This document shows positions 27,899 through 38,185 of a DNA stretch of 64,000 bases, in pieces; within the stretch, counting starts at the first letter, position 1; each line of letters begins with the position of its first letter. Position numbers and translations under genes: made by a program. Where the stretch lies: NCBI GenBank assembly GCA_965116875.1, contig OZ220733.1:3680001-3744000 (forward strand), given 5' to 3'. The notes below the pieces were generated by a model. That model was given only the letters and a program-made list of their open reading frames with translations, made no database searches and was not told the origin of the DNA. This DNA is from Candidatus Latescibacterota bacterium (lineage in GTDB: Bacteria; Latescibacterota; UBA2968; GCA-2709665).

Positions 27899-29299
27899 AT
27901 GACAGATATACACGACCAACAATTGGCCAGGCAGATCCTGAAGGGTAACGAGGCCGCCTTCGTTATACTGGTCCGACGCTACGAGCGCGTGATTGCTGCG
28001 TTGATCCGTTCCCGGATCGGTTCCGGCGAACAGGTGCAGGACGTGATGCAGGAAACCATGGTCCACGCCTGGCGCGGCCTGCGCAGGGAGACGCCCCGCA
28101 ACGTGCGTCCGTGGCTGCTGCAGGTGGCACGCAACCGCTGCCAAGATTACTTCAGATCGCCCCAGCGCCGCGAACTGTACGTCGGGACCGAAGTCCTGAC
28201 ACCGCTGGTCAACCGCAGCGGGCTCGCGCAGTCACGGGAGCGGGAGGCCGCCACGGCGATCCTGGAAGCCATGGACGAAGTGCCCGATCGCGAGCGCGCC
28301 GCCCTGAAGGCGTTTTATCTGGACGGTCTGAGCATCGCCGAAATCGCCGCTCGTTACCGCAGTCCCCACGGCACGGTCAAACGCCGTCTTTCGCACGGCC
28401 GCGACCGTATCCGAATGGCATTGGGAATCACCCCAACGAAGAGGAAGATCGTCATGAACGCAAGACAACAAGACTTTCCGCGACTTCGACCCGAGATTCG
28501 GATTTACCCCAGCGCGGAGAAACCCTTCCGTATCGATTTCAAGGAAATGGCCTGGTGGTTTGTAAAGCCGGAAGTCGGCGATCGGGTCGGCCGTGGTTAT
28601 TACGACGGGGAAAAGGACGGCTGCGCGCCCTGGCGTCTGACCGAAACGGTCTGGCTGACCGCCCGCCGGCCGGCGGTGATCCACGGACGAACCTGTGTCG
28701 AAGTGGATGTCGAGGAGGTGGAGGTCGAGAAGATGAGGTTCCGGAAGAAGCCACTCGAGGAGAGGAGCCGCATTAAACGGGTATGGGGATGTTTGTCTGA
28801 TGACGAGGTGGAGTGGATCGCCGTGGAATCGCAAGAGGCCGACGGCGTAAGAGAACTGGAGACCTTTCTGGACGACAGATTCCACGACGACTGGTGGGGC
28901 TCAAGGCGCATCGTCGAGGACTGCGGATTCTTGTCCGAACGGGCCGATGGCACCTGGGTCAGAGGGCCGGATGCCCCCGCCTTCACAGGCGCCGGCGTGT
29001 TCGACGTCCACGTCGGGGGGCGTCAGTTCACCTGTCTGCGGGTCTTTGACCTCGATAAAAACGCCACAGAGCGAGAGGTTCTGGTTGAGGCCTATATCAC
29101 TCGCGCGGGACGCACAGTCCTGTTCCGCCGCTACAATGGGAGCCGCTGGGGCAAGAGCGACGCCCCGCCGCACAACTGGGGCGAAGCGATGACGTGGGAA
29201 GAGGAACTGCCCGAAAACGACCGCATCGTCATCGACGGGCTGACTTACGTGCACTTTTACGACATCCTGTCGGCGGCGGCCTGCGGAATCGCCGATTGA
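27899..29299 (+). CDS. ECF sigma-70 factor with a C-terminal extension of about 280 aa
   Basis: AFVILVRRYE, QDVMQET, WLLQVARNRC (region 2); YLDGLSIAEIA, GTVKRRLSHGR (region 4). Confidence 0.92.
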   Translation: MTDIHDQQLARQILKGNEAAFVILVRRYERVIAALIRSRIGSGEQVQDVMQETMVHAWRGLRRETPRNVRPWLLQVARNRCQDYFRSPQRRELYVGTEVLTPLVNRSGLAQSREREAATAILEAMDEVPDRERAALKAFYLDGLSIAEIAARYRSPHGTVKRRLSHGRDRIRMALGITPTKRKIVMNARQQDFPRLRPEIRIYPSAEKPFRIDFKEMAWWFVKPEVGDRVGRGYYDGEKDGCAPWRLTETVWLTARRPAVIHGRTCVEVDVEEVEVEKMRFRKKPLEERSRIKRVWGCLSDDEVEWIAVESQEADGVRELETFLDDRFHDDWWGSRRIVEDCGFLSERADGTWVRGPDAPAFTGAGVFDVHVGGRQFTCLRVFDLDKNATEREVLVEAYITRAGRTVLFRRYNGSRWGKSDAPPHNWGEAMTWEEELPENDRIVIDGLTYVHFYDILSAAACGIAD

Positions 29300-29326
29300 C
29301 GGTCGCATTGCACGGACGATGACCGA

Positions 29327-29902
29327 CTATCGCACCCGGCGGTAGCTCATGGTGTGCGCCATCGTCTCCTTGCCGTTCTCGTACATCGTCCAGGTCTGCG
29401 ACATCCCGTCCGCCCCGTCGAATGCGATCGAGACCGAATGCATGTGCGACTCGTCAGGGGAATCGAGAGAGCCATCGACCAGTTCTAACGCAATCACTCC
29501 GTCGGTGGATTCTGCCAGACTCATCTGCGGCTGATTACCCTTCGCGCAGTAGTGGGTCATCCAGAGCTTGCCGCCCCGGTCGTGGTACACGGAGATCATC
29601 TCCTTCGGCGTGTCCGGGAAGTTGCGCTCGACGATGACGCTGCCGTTGGCCGCCATCCGGTACTCCGTTGCAACCGTAATCATCGCGGCCTTCCCGCCTT
29701 CAGACCCCCCGCCACCTGGCATCGGCATTTCGGATTCCCAACGCCCGACCAGCGATTTCAATCGCTCAAACTCCGCCGAGCCCACGTATGCTCCGGCATG
29801 TTTCTCTGCTTTTTCTTCCGGTTTGCCCCCGTCATTCCCCGCGAAAACCGAAAAAGCGAAAACTGCACACAGTACGGGCAGAAAAATCGACGTTCTTTTC
29901 AT
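29327..29902 (-). CDS. Secreted conserved hypothetical protein
   Basis: Signal peptide; FERLKSLVGRW, EMISVYH, MTHYCAKGNQP; AAGGAG RBS. Confidence 0.78.
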   Translation of the reverse strand: MKRTSIFLPVLCAVFAFSVFAGNDGGKPEEKAEKHAGAYVGSAEFERLKSLVGRWESEMPMPGGGGSEGGKAAMITVATEYRMAANGSVIVERNFPDTPKEMISVYHDRGGKLWMTHYCAKGNQPQMSLAESTDGVIALELVDGSLDSPDESHMHSVSIAFDGADGMSQTWTMYENGKETMAHTMSYRRVR

Positions 29903-30086
29903 GCGGACGGCTCCTTTCCATTGTCGGTCCCGAATCCTCCCTTGAAGATCCGTAGTTGATTCAACATAACTCCTGCATCTTACGAAAATGCAAATATTCC
30001 ATTTGCCTCTGAAGCTGCTGATTTGTCAACGGGCAATCTCGGCCGCAAATTTACCTGCTCCCGATGTCGTGCGCAATACGCAATAA

Positions 30087-30847
30087 CATCCACAAGAAAA
30101 CGCATCAGGCGAAAACAGACTCACCGAGGGATTCAAAGAGCTAATTTACCTGGAAGCCCATCCCCATCCTGTCTTTGACGCCGATACAATAGATGTCCGT
30201 GTTGGTTTTTGGCCACTCTCTGAATTCGATTCGGTATTAGCCGAACAAGTCGATTCAGCATTGTCGAGACAGGCATCGATCAGCGATCCCGCGCAGCAGA
30301 TTTATTCGCTAAGACTTGACGTATTTCGTCCTCCGCCCTCGGATCGCCTGGTTTTCTCGAGCCAAATACCCTTTCAAAGTTCGCCGATGAGGTTTACCAT
30401 TCCAACCGCTGGATTTGAGGGTGTCTATATCGCACGGCCCCGCGTTATCGACCCTTCCGGAAAGGTACACCATATCTGGTACTCGACGGAGGTGGAGGGC
30501 GAGAAGCCGTACGCTCCAACTATTTATCTGGGAATTCATCCTGGCCGCGACTATATGTTTGGGATCTACACTATTACGAAAATCGCATATACGTCGGTGG
30601 TGGCGATTGGGACAAGAATCAGGGGCCAGTTGACATCTGGTCATTTTCGTCAGATCAAAATGGTTCAGCGCATCGACTCCAAAAGGAAATAACGGTTGAT
30701 GACGAGTCAGTGGATCGTTTCCGGACGTGCGCCGGACGGCTGGTAGTGCCGGGAATTGATGCCACGGAATCCTGGAAATATGGCAATATCCACATAAAAG
30801 AGCGTGGGAGATGGTACAAGCAAAGGACTCTGCCTACGTGCCAATGA
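30087..30847 (+). pseudogene. Frameshifted, truncated gene for a probable beta-propeller protein
   Basis: Frame open from 30087 to about 30540; after a one-base shift it reads WPRLYVWDLHYYENRIYVGGGDWDKNQGPV...VDDESVDRFR...PGIDATESWKYGN...RTLP to TGA 30847; in-frame TAA at 30084. Confidence 0.6.
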
Positions 30848-31063
30848 TTAAAGAGACAATACGCCTTTAATATTCGGAGAGCACAATGTCTGATCATCGA
30901 ATGAATTTCCTAATCAGAGAAATGACAAAAGAGTTTCGAAGCGTTTGTGCCAGCGTGGCAATGGTTGTCCGTACTGCCCCAAGTCAAATAGTGCGCCTGG
31001 TTGTCCTAACGCTAGGCCTCGGGTCAGGACCAGCTGCGATCCTGTACATTCAGAAGATAGTAA

Positions 31064-32293
31064 GGAATCTCTGATTAAGTTGCCAATTGATTATGTGGGT
31101 ATGAAGTCGTATATAAAGGATAAGGATGTCCGCGTGTTGTGATTTGTGATGGATCAACATAGAACGAGGTGCCCAGCGATGAAACAAATGAGTTTTTCGG
31201 ATCTGTCGTATAGAACGAAGAAGAAGCAGACGCGCAGAGAACGATTTCTGGAAGAGATGGATGCGGTGTTGCCGTGGGAGATTCTGCTTAAACCCATTGA
31301 GAGGAAGTATCCGAAACCTGGAAACGGTCGTCGTCCGATAGGCGCGGAGGTGATGCTGAGGATCTACTTCATGCAGCAATGGTATGGGTTGAGCGATCCG
31401 GGTATGGAGGACAGTCTGTATGACGTGGAATCGATGCGCCGTTTCGCCGGTGTGGACATCAACGGGGTGCCCGATGAGACGACGATCTGCAAGTTCCGGC
31501 ACTTTCTGGAGGGGCATGGTCTGACCGAAGCCTTGTTTGAGCAGGCGAAGCGGTATCTGTCGGGGCGGGGCATGATCGTCAGTGAAGGCACGATTGTGGA
31601 CGCCACGATCATTCATGCGCCATCGTCGACGAAGAACCGGGAACGCAAGCGGGACCCCGAGATGAAGAGCACGAAGAAGGGCAACACCTGGCATTTCGGC
31701 ATGAAGGCGCACGTGGGCGCCGATGTGAAGGGGCGGGTGCACAGTATGGTCACCACCGCCGCTTCGGTGCATGACTCGCAGGTGATGGACGCGTGCCTGC
31801 ATGGAAAGGAGCAGACGATCTACGGCGACAAGGCCTATGCGGACCAGACGCGAAAGGAACAGGCCGAATCCAATGACATCGAATGGCGGGTGCTTCGCAA
31901 GGCCCGCCGTGGCAAGCGTCTCAACTGCGCGGACCTGTCGTTCAACAAGAAGAGCAATCGCACACGCGCACGGGTCGAACATCCCTTTGGCGTGATCAAG
32001 CACCTGTGGGGCTATCGCAAGGTCAGATACCGGGGCCTTGCCAAGAACACGGCCCACCTCTTCACTCTGTTCGCCCTGGCCAACTTCTATCTCGTCCGGA
32101 GAGAACTGGCCACCGCTTAGGGATAAGCCCGTCCGGATCGGGCGGGTGGGGGCACAAACCCCGGGACGGGGCGCATCCCACCCTCGAATAGCCCCCACAA
32201 CCATCCAAAACCTCGTCCTTTTCAACATAAACGTCCTCTCAACACTTTCATATCGCACTACGACCTCGTATAACCAGGTTGATCAGACCTTCC
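31064..32293 (+). mobile_element. IS5-family insertion sequence, 1230 bp
   Basis: Left IR GGAATCTCTGATTAA; right IR (reverse complement) GGAAGGTCTGATCAA; 4-bp target duplication GTAA (31060-63 and 32294-97). Confidence 0.93.
31179..32120 (+). CDS. IS5 family DDE transposase
   Basis: TRRERFLEEM, VPDETTICKFR, IVDATII, GDKAY, RARVEHPF. Confidence 0.96.
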   Translation: MKQMSFSDLSYRTKKKQTRRERFLEEMDAVLPWEILLKPIERKYPKPGNGRRPIGAEVMLRIYFMQQWYGLSDPGMEDSLYDVESMRRFAGVDINGVPDETTICKFRHFLEGHGLTEALFEQAKRYLSGRGMIVSEGTIVDATIIHAPSSTKNRERKRDPEMKSTKKGNTWHFGMKAHVGADVKGRVHSMVTTAASVHDSQVMDACLHGKEQTIYGDKAYADQTRKEQAESNDIEWRVLRKARRGKRLNCADLSFNKKSNRTRARVEHPFGVIKHLWGYRKVRYRGLAKNTAHLFTLFALANFYLVRRELATA

Positions 32294-34145
32294 GTAATTG
32301 ATGAAGTCGTGGAGCACAAGGACTATTCAGTTGATGCATCTTTGTCAGTTGCTCTTATCGTGGGGATGATTGCCTTTGTTACATGCAATCTTCTGATGGA
32401 CTCCATCGAGACGATTCAGGGATTCCGAGTGGGAATTTTTGGGCGTGTTGTCGAGGGCAGAATAAAGGAGAGGGTATATCATAAGATCGCAATGTTTAAC
32501 GATATAGCACTTTTTGAGACACCCGAGCTATTGAACGAACTCGAGCTTGCGCTTCGCGGAGTTGGTAGACTAAGGAGTCTTACCGCCGTAGTTGGGAATC
32601 TTTTGATCGGAACGTTCATCGTGATTCCTGTATTGGTTCTGTCAGCTTCGATCGAGTGGTGGGTTCCGATCGTGATTTTCGGCCTGATGGTGCCGTCTGT
32701 TTGTGTTCAGCTCTATTACGAACAAAAGGCGTGGAACGTAGAGGCACGACAAGCAAGTCTTCAAAGGCAGGTCGGGATCTTCGAAAGGATCCTGACTTCG
32801 AAGGAATTCGCAAAGGAGCTTCGGTTGTTCGGGATCCAGTCGTTGATCCTCGATCGTTGGAAGGATAAGTTCTGGTCTATCTTCAGAGAAAGCTACGAGG
32901 TGACGAAGCGTGGAACTTATCAGATTCTATTTTGGTCGCTACTCAGCGGTATCGGAGTAGGTGCGCCGTTCGTGTACGTTGTTCTCGCAGTCTTGGATGG
33001 GCGTTTTTCGGTCGGCGATTTGGCGCTCTACGTTGGTCTTGTGTACCAGGTACAGCGCAGCATCTTCATCCTGGTCAGCAATGCGTCCAGGCTTCGGACT
33101 GTTGGGTTAGCTACCGGGCCTATCTTTCGCATTCTCAATCTTGAACCGGAACTGAAGGATCAAGGCGGAGAAGTCGTTGAACGAGATGAAACAGCCATTG
33201 ACATTGACGGACTGTCCTTCTCGTATCCCGGTGAGACTCGTCTTGTACTGAAAGACATTAATCTGAGAATTCGAGACGGGGAGACAGTTGCAATTGTTGG
33301 AGAGAACGGAGCAGGAAAAACCACGCTTGTAAAGTTGCTATGTCGGCTCTTCGACCCTGTGAAGGGATCAATTACCTGGAATGGTATGGATATCAGGGAA
33401 ATTGGCTTAGCGGATCTAAGACGAAGAATCGGTACGGTGATGCAGGACTTCGCGCGGTTTCCGCTTTCGGGGGCAGAGAACATTGGCATCGGGTCAATTG
33501 ACAACCTGTGTGATCGGGATGCCATTGAAGCCGCAGCCACCGGTGCCGGACTTCGTGAGGTCCTTAAGACGCGGCCAGAATTTATGGACAAGCACTTAAC
33601 AAGGGAACTCGATGACGGTATTGAACTATCTGGGGGGGAGTGGCAGCGGGTAGCACTTGCTCGAGCCTTCATGAGGCTGTCGCGATGCAGCCTGGTAATC
33701 CTGGACGAGCCTACTGCGGCCCTGGATCCGAAAACGGAGTATGAAATACACTCCCTTCTGGCAGACATTGCTAAGGACAAAACTTCCGTGATTATTACAC
33801 ATCGGCTTTCCCTGGCTCGAATTTCTGACAGGATCGTTGTTCTTGAAGATGGTAGAGTCGCGGAGGAGGGCACGCATGAGGAGTTGATGTCGATCAAGGG
33901 CGTGTATTCATCAATGTTCACGCGGCAAGCAATTCGTTACACGGATAATCAGGCATAGTTATGAGTAAATCAAGCTCATCCATCTTTCGGCTCTCCTTCG
34001 CCCTCTACATTCCTCTCTAATTCTTAAGGGTAATTGTCTCATTAATATAGGCACAGACGGCAATGGCGAGAGCGTAGAAGCGCCGAACAAAGTTGGGCTT
34101 CCCTTGCATGCTGCGAACCAAACGCAGGCGAGATCATCGGCCGCA

Positions 34146-35948
34146 CTAACGATACCACTCCGCCTGATTCCGGTACAGTTCAGCGTACTGACCGTTCAGC
34201 TCCAGGAGCTCCCGATGACTCCCTTCCTCGACCAGACGACCATCTCCCAATAACAGGATCCGGTCGGCCAGTCTGCAGGAGCCCAGCCGATGAGAAATCA
34301 GGAGGACAGTTCGATTCCTGGCAATCCGGGCGAAATGATCGTACACATCCGCCTCGGCCCTGGCGTCGAGAGCGGAGGCTGGTTCGTCGAGGACCAGGAT
34401 TTCCGCCGGACGCATATATGCCCGCGCGATAGCGAGCTTCTGCCATTGGCCGATGGAAAGTTCGGTACCTTCTCGATATGTCTTTCCGAGCGGGGTTTCC
34501 AATCCGTTAGACAGGGTTTCAGCCACCTGGTCGGCGCCACTTTTCGCGGCCGCTTCCTCAACCGCCCCTGATTCGCCGTCCATCCATCCGCAGGCGATAT
34601 TCTCCCTTATTGTAAGTTCATAACGGTTGTAATCCTGAAAAACCACGCCCGTGCGCCGGAGCCATTCGTCCGGAGCGACTTCCCGGATATCGACGCCATC
34701 TACCAGAATCCGTCCGTCTGTTGGAACGAAAAGGCCCAGAATCAGCTTCACGAGTGTACTCTTGCCAGCCCCGTTCTCGCCAACGACTGCAACGCGTTCA
34801 CCCGGTCGAATATTGAGATTGAGGTTGGAAAGCGCCGGCAGATCGCTTCCAGGGTAAACGAACGAGACGTCCTGGAAGAAGATCCCCGTCTGCAGGGGCT
34901 TCGATAGAGGACGACTCTTTGCAGACCCGCCGGATGGCCGGTCAACAAACCCGAAGTAGTCCTGTACATAACGCAGGTCATCGTAAATGATTGAAGCGCC
35001 CCAGACGAGGCTCCGATAGTGTCCCTGAAGCTGTTCGATAGCATAGAAGAAGGAGGCATACGCCCCAATCGTTGCCCTTCCTGCGAAAAGGATTCCCAGG
35101 CTGAAGGTTATCGCGGCGATATTGGTCAACGTGTTCAAACCATCCGATATGAGACCGAGTCCAGCCTCCTTCTTCGCAACACCCATGCGCTTACGGGAGA
35201 TTTTACTCCACAACGCGTCGGCACGATCGATGAGCCAGGGGCCAAAGCCGAACATTCGGATTTCGGCGGCTGCCTGCCGGCCGGACAGTATTTCGTGGTA
35301 GGTGTCAAACCGCCGCTCGTCGTGGGTCAGATCTCTCACAACACGGTAACGCGATCTGTTAACGCGTTCACGAAGGAATACGCCCGGAGTCGTGCCAATG
35401 ACAAGGATCAGCGGTAGCGCCCAGTGGAAACTTGCGAGGTAAAGCAGGAGAGACGCAAGCGCCACGACGTCACTCACGCTTCGCCACATGATGGACATTG
35501 TGCTAAAGAGCCGCCGCTCGATGCCGCGCCGTGCGCGCTGAAGCTGATCGTGGAATGTCGCCGTTTCCAGTTGCGCCAGGGGGAGTGTCTGAACTTTCCG
35601 ATAGCATTGTTCCTCGATATGGCCGCGGAGACGTTTTTGAAAGCGATCCGCTGTAGTATTGGAGACCAGATTTATGCCGTGTTGGAGCAGGTTGAACCCT
35701 ATAAGAGCTACGGCCCACAGGATGGCCTCGGCAAATTGGACGTCGCCTCTTACGACCGCCGCCGAGGCCTCAATGAACCGATATAGAAGATATACTTGCG
35801 CTGTAACGAACAGTCCCTTTGTGCCATTGAGAACCATGAGGCTGATCGCGGCCCTGCTGTCGAATTCGTAGAGTGTCCGAATCAACCGTCGCAGGGAGTC
35901 CAGGCGCCGCCGTTTCTGACTTCTCGATTCTGTTGTACGCGCTGTCAT
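34146..35948 (-). CDS. ABC exporter (TMD-NBD fusion)
   Basis: GENGAGKST, LSIGQWQK, LDEPAS, ISHRL. Confidence 0.93.
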   Translation of the reverse strand: MTARTTESRSQKRRRLDSLRRLIRTLYEFDSRAAISLMVLNGTKGLFVTAQVYLLYRFIEASAAVVRGDVQFAEAILWAVALIGFNLLQHGINLVSNTTADRFQKRLRGHIEEQCYRKVQTLPLAQLETATFHDQLQRARRGIERRLFSTMSIMWRSVSDVVALASLLLYLASFHWALPLILVIGTTPGVFLRERVNRSRYRVVRDLTHDERRFDTYHEILSGRQAAAEIRMFGFGPWLIDRADALWSKISRKRMGVAKKEAGLGLISDGLNTLTNIAAITFSLGILFAGRATIGAYASFFYAIEQLQGHYRSLVWGASIIYDDLRYVQDYFGFVDRPSGGSAKSRPLSKPLQTGIFFQDVSFVYPGSDLPALSNLNLNIRPGERVAVVGENGAGKSTLVKLILGLFVPTDGRILVDGVDIREVAPDEWLRRTGVVFQDYNRYELTIRENIACGWMDGESGAVEEAAAKSGADQVAETLSNGLETPLGKTYREGTELSIGQWQKLAIARAYMRPAEILVLDEPASALDARAEADVYDHFARIARNRTVLLISHRLGSCRLADRILLLGDGRLVEEGSHRELLELNGQYAELYRNQAEWYR

Positions 35949-37816
35949 TCCACGTTGCCTGCATCTTCCTCAGTATACCATTTCGCCTGAAGGTTGTACA
36001 TCCGGGCGTATTCGCCGTGTGCCTCGAGCAATGCCCGGTGTGATCCCTCCTCGACAAGGCGACCTTCCGTCATGACAAGGATTCGGTTCGCCATCCGAGC
36101 CGATCCCAATCGGTGCGAGATGAAGACGGTACATCGTCCGTCAACTACAGATCCGAACTGTCGATATACCTGTACCTCGGTCTTTGGGTCCATTGCAGAC
36201 GTCGGCTCATCCAGGACGACAATTTCGCGGTTTTTTCGAACGAACGCGCGAGCCATCGCCAATCGTTGCCATTGGCCTGTCGAGAGTTCGACTCCGCCTT
36301 CGAATTCCTTGCTCAATACGGTCCGGAACTTTGACGGCAGTTCTCGCACAAAGCCGTGAGCGGCACTCCTGCGCGCCGCTTCCACGATTTCGGAAGCTAC
36401 GGCGTTGTCTCGGTCTCCTTCTTTCAGCAGCGAAATCCGCCCGACACCGATGTTTTCATGAACCGTAAGGGGATAACGCATGAAATCCTGAAACACCGCC
36501 GTCGCCGTCAGGCGCCACGCCGCCGGATCCAATTCGGCGAGATCGACTCCGTCAACGGTGATCCGGCCTTGTGTCGGCTGGTATAGTCCGAGCAACAATC
36601 GGACTACAGTACTCTTGCCCGCGCCGTTTTCCCCTACAAGGGCGACCCTGTCTCCCGGCGATAGTGTTAAATTGAGATCGGTGATCACCGGTCGGGCCGA
36701 ACCCGGATAACGAAAACTCACCCCGTGAAAACGAACTCCGTGAATTAGTGATCGAGGTGGCCGCAGTTTGTTACCGGGGTCCGCAACTTCATCGGCCAGA
36801 TCGAGAAACTCGCGCAGGTGCCGCAGCTGCATCAGATGTTCCACCAACTGAGAAACGCAGAATGAAGCCGAACGCACCAATTCGCTGAAGCGGCCGCTGG
36901 CATAGAGTAATGCCACCAGAGTTCCTACTGTTATTGTTCCCCTCGAAGCCACGATCACGAGCGCCAGACTGTTCGACCATATGATGAGGTCTTGTGCGCA
37001 TCCACTCAACAGCTGCGCGACGGCCAGCCGAGAACGGGCATTCTTGATATCAGCAACGTAACGGTCAAAGGCACGCCGCCAGAACCCCAACAGATATTCG
37101 CCCAACTGATACGCCCTGATTTCGGCCGCATCACGGCGGCTGGAAAGAAGCGCGGCCCAATAGTCGATTTCCTGTCGTTGAGGCGAACTCTTGTAGTTGA
37201 CTCTGACGAACTGTCCCGCGTTCCTCGCGCCGATGATCGTATTGGCGATCACTGTAACGACAAGGACAGCGGCCAGGGCCCAGTGCGCGTTTACGAATAG
37301 TACCAGCAAGCCTGCTACACTGACGGCAATCGATACAAGAGAACCGAACTCATTCAGGACGTCGACGAGATTCGGACCAGTCGCCCGCTTTCCCGTTTCC
37401 AGCTTGTCATAATACGTTCGGCTCTCGAACAAACTCAGTGGAACGCTTACCGACTTACTGGCTACGTCACGTTGAATTCTGCCACCGATCCGTTGATAAA
37501 TCAAGGACGCGAGATACCTTGAGCTTTCCGAGTTAAGGCTCCTCGCAAGCAAAGCAGCGGAGAACGCGGCAAGCCACGGCAGGACTCCAGGCCACCCCCC
37601 TTCCGGACCGTCGGTGATGACATCGACAAGCCCGGTCATCGCCCATACGATGGCCGGTGTGGCGAATCCGGACACCAGGTTACCCAGAACGAGCAACGTG
37701 GACTCAAATGGCGCGTTCCGCCAGAGTATCCCGATCAGGTAGCCGAGGCCGTTAAACCGGGTCCGCAGCCGTACCAGGCCGGTGGCTCCATTTCGATCAC
37801 GTTTTGAGTTGAACAT
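35945..37816 (-). CDS. ABC exporter (TMD-NBD fusion)
   Basis: GENGAGKST, LSTGQWQR, LDEPTS; ATGA-coupled to the next ABC gene. Confidence 0.93.
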   Translation of the reverse strand: MFNSKRDRNGATGLVRLRTRFNGLGYLIGILWRNAPFESTLLVLGNLVSGFATPAIVWAMTGLVDVITDGPEGGWPGVLPWLAAFSAALLARSLNSESSRYLASLIYQRIGGRIQRDVASKSVSVPLSLFESRTYYDKLETGKRATGPNLVDVLNEFGSLVSIAVSVAGLLVLFVNAHWALAAVLVVTVIANTIIGARNAGQFVRVNYKSSPQRQEIDYWAALLSSRRDAAEIRAYQLGEYLLGFWRRAFDRYVADIKNARSRLAVAQLLSGCAQDLIIWSNSLALVIVASRGTITVGTLVALLYASGRFSELVRSASFCVSQLVEHLMQLRHLREFLDLADEVADPGNKLRPPRSLIHGVRFHGVSFRYPGSARPVITDLNLTLSPGDRVALVGENGAGKSTVVRLLLGLYQPTQGRITVDGVDLAELDPAAWRLTATAVFQDFMRYPLTVHENIGVGRISLLKEGDRDNAVASEIVEAARRSAAHGFVRELPSKFRTVLSKEFEGGVELSTGQWQRLAMARAFVRKNREIVVLDEPTSAMDPKTEVQVYRQFGSVVDGRCTVFISHRLGSARMANRILVMTEGRLVEEGSHRALLEAHGEYARMYNLQAKWYTEEDAGNVE

Positions 37817-38110
37817 TACGAGCCTCGAGCAGCGACCCGGATCAGTCCTGGATCGGCTGACCGGCGACTTAAGGGCCTTTCCAACCTGATTTTTCGTATC
37901 CGTCCAACGGAATACGACCTGGAGGTATAGTTGTAGACGTTTGTCGGGTGTCGCTATCGACAACCGTATCGGTAGGGGTTGGTACCGTCAGCCCGGGAGC
38001 TTACGTCTTCAGGTGTTCGTTTCTTGATGAAGAATCGAGGCGGGACGAGGGGCGGGATCGGCAGGCTCAGAGTACAACTTATTGATATTTAACCAGATAT
38101 GCGAAAAAAC

Positions 38111-38185
38111 TGGTGACCCCGAGGGGAGTCGAACCCCCGTTGCCGGGTTGAAAACCCGGTGTCCTAACCACTGAACGACGGGGTC
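38111..38185 (-). tRNA. tRNA-Glu(TTC)
   Basis: GACCCCG acceptor stem, CCGGG-TTTTCAA-CCCGG anticodon arm, GGTTCGAC T-loop, CCA end. Confidence 0.97.

Larger units (their letters stand above)
30886..33958 (+). pseudogene. ABC exporter (TMD-NBD fusion) interrupted by IS5
   Basis: Removing the IS and one GTAA restores ...LYIQKIV-IDEVVEHK...; GENGAGKTT, LSGGEWQR, LDEPT. Confidence 0.9.

Noticed and set aside
17900-29900. Integron cassette array (TA pairs, NUDIX, VOC, SRPBCC, methyltransferase)
   Set aside because: Genes are in mixed orientation, I found no consistent RYYYAAC...GTTRRRY attC after stop codons, and there is no integrase
29900-38110. attL/attR duplication of the tRNA-Glu 3' end
   Set aside because: No second TGGTGACCCC copy found by eye; an exact search would settle it
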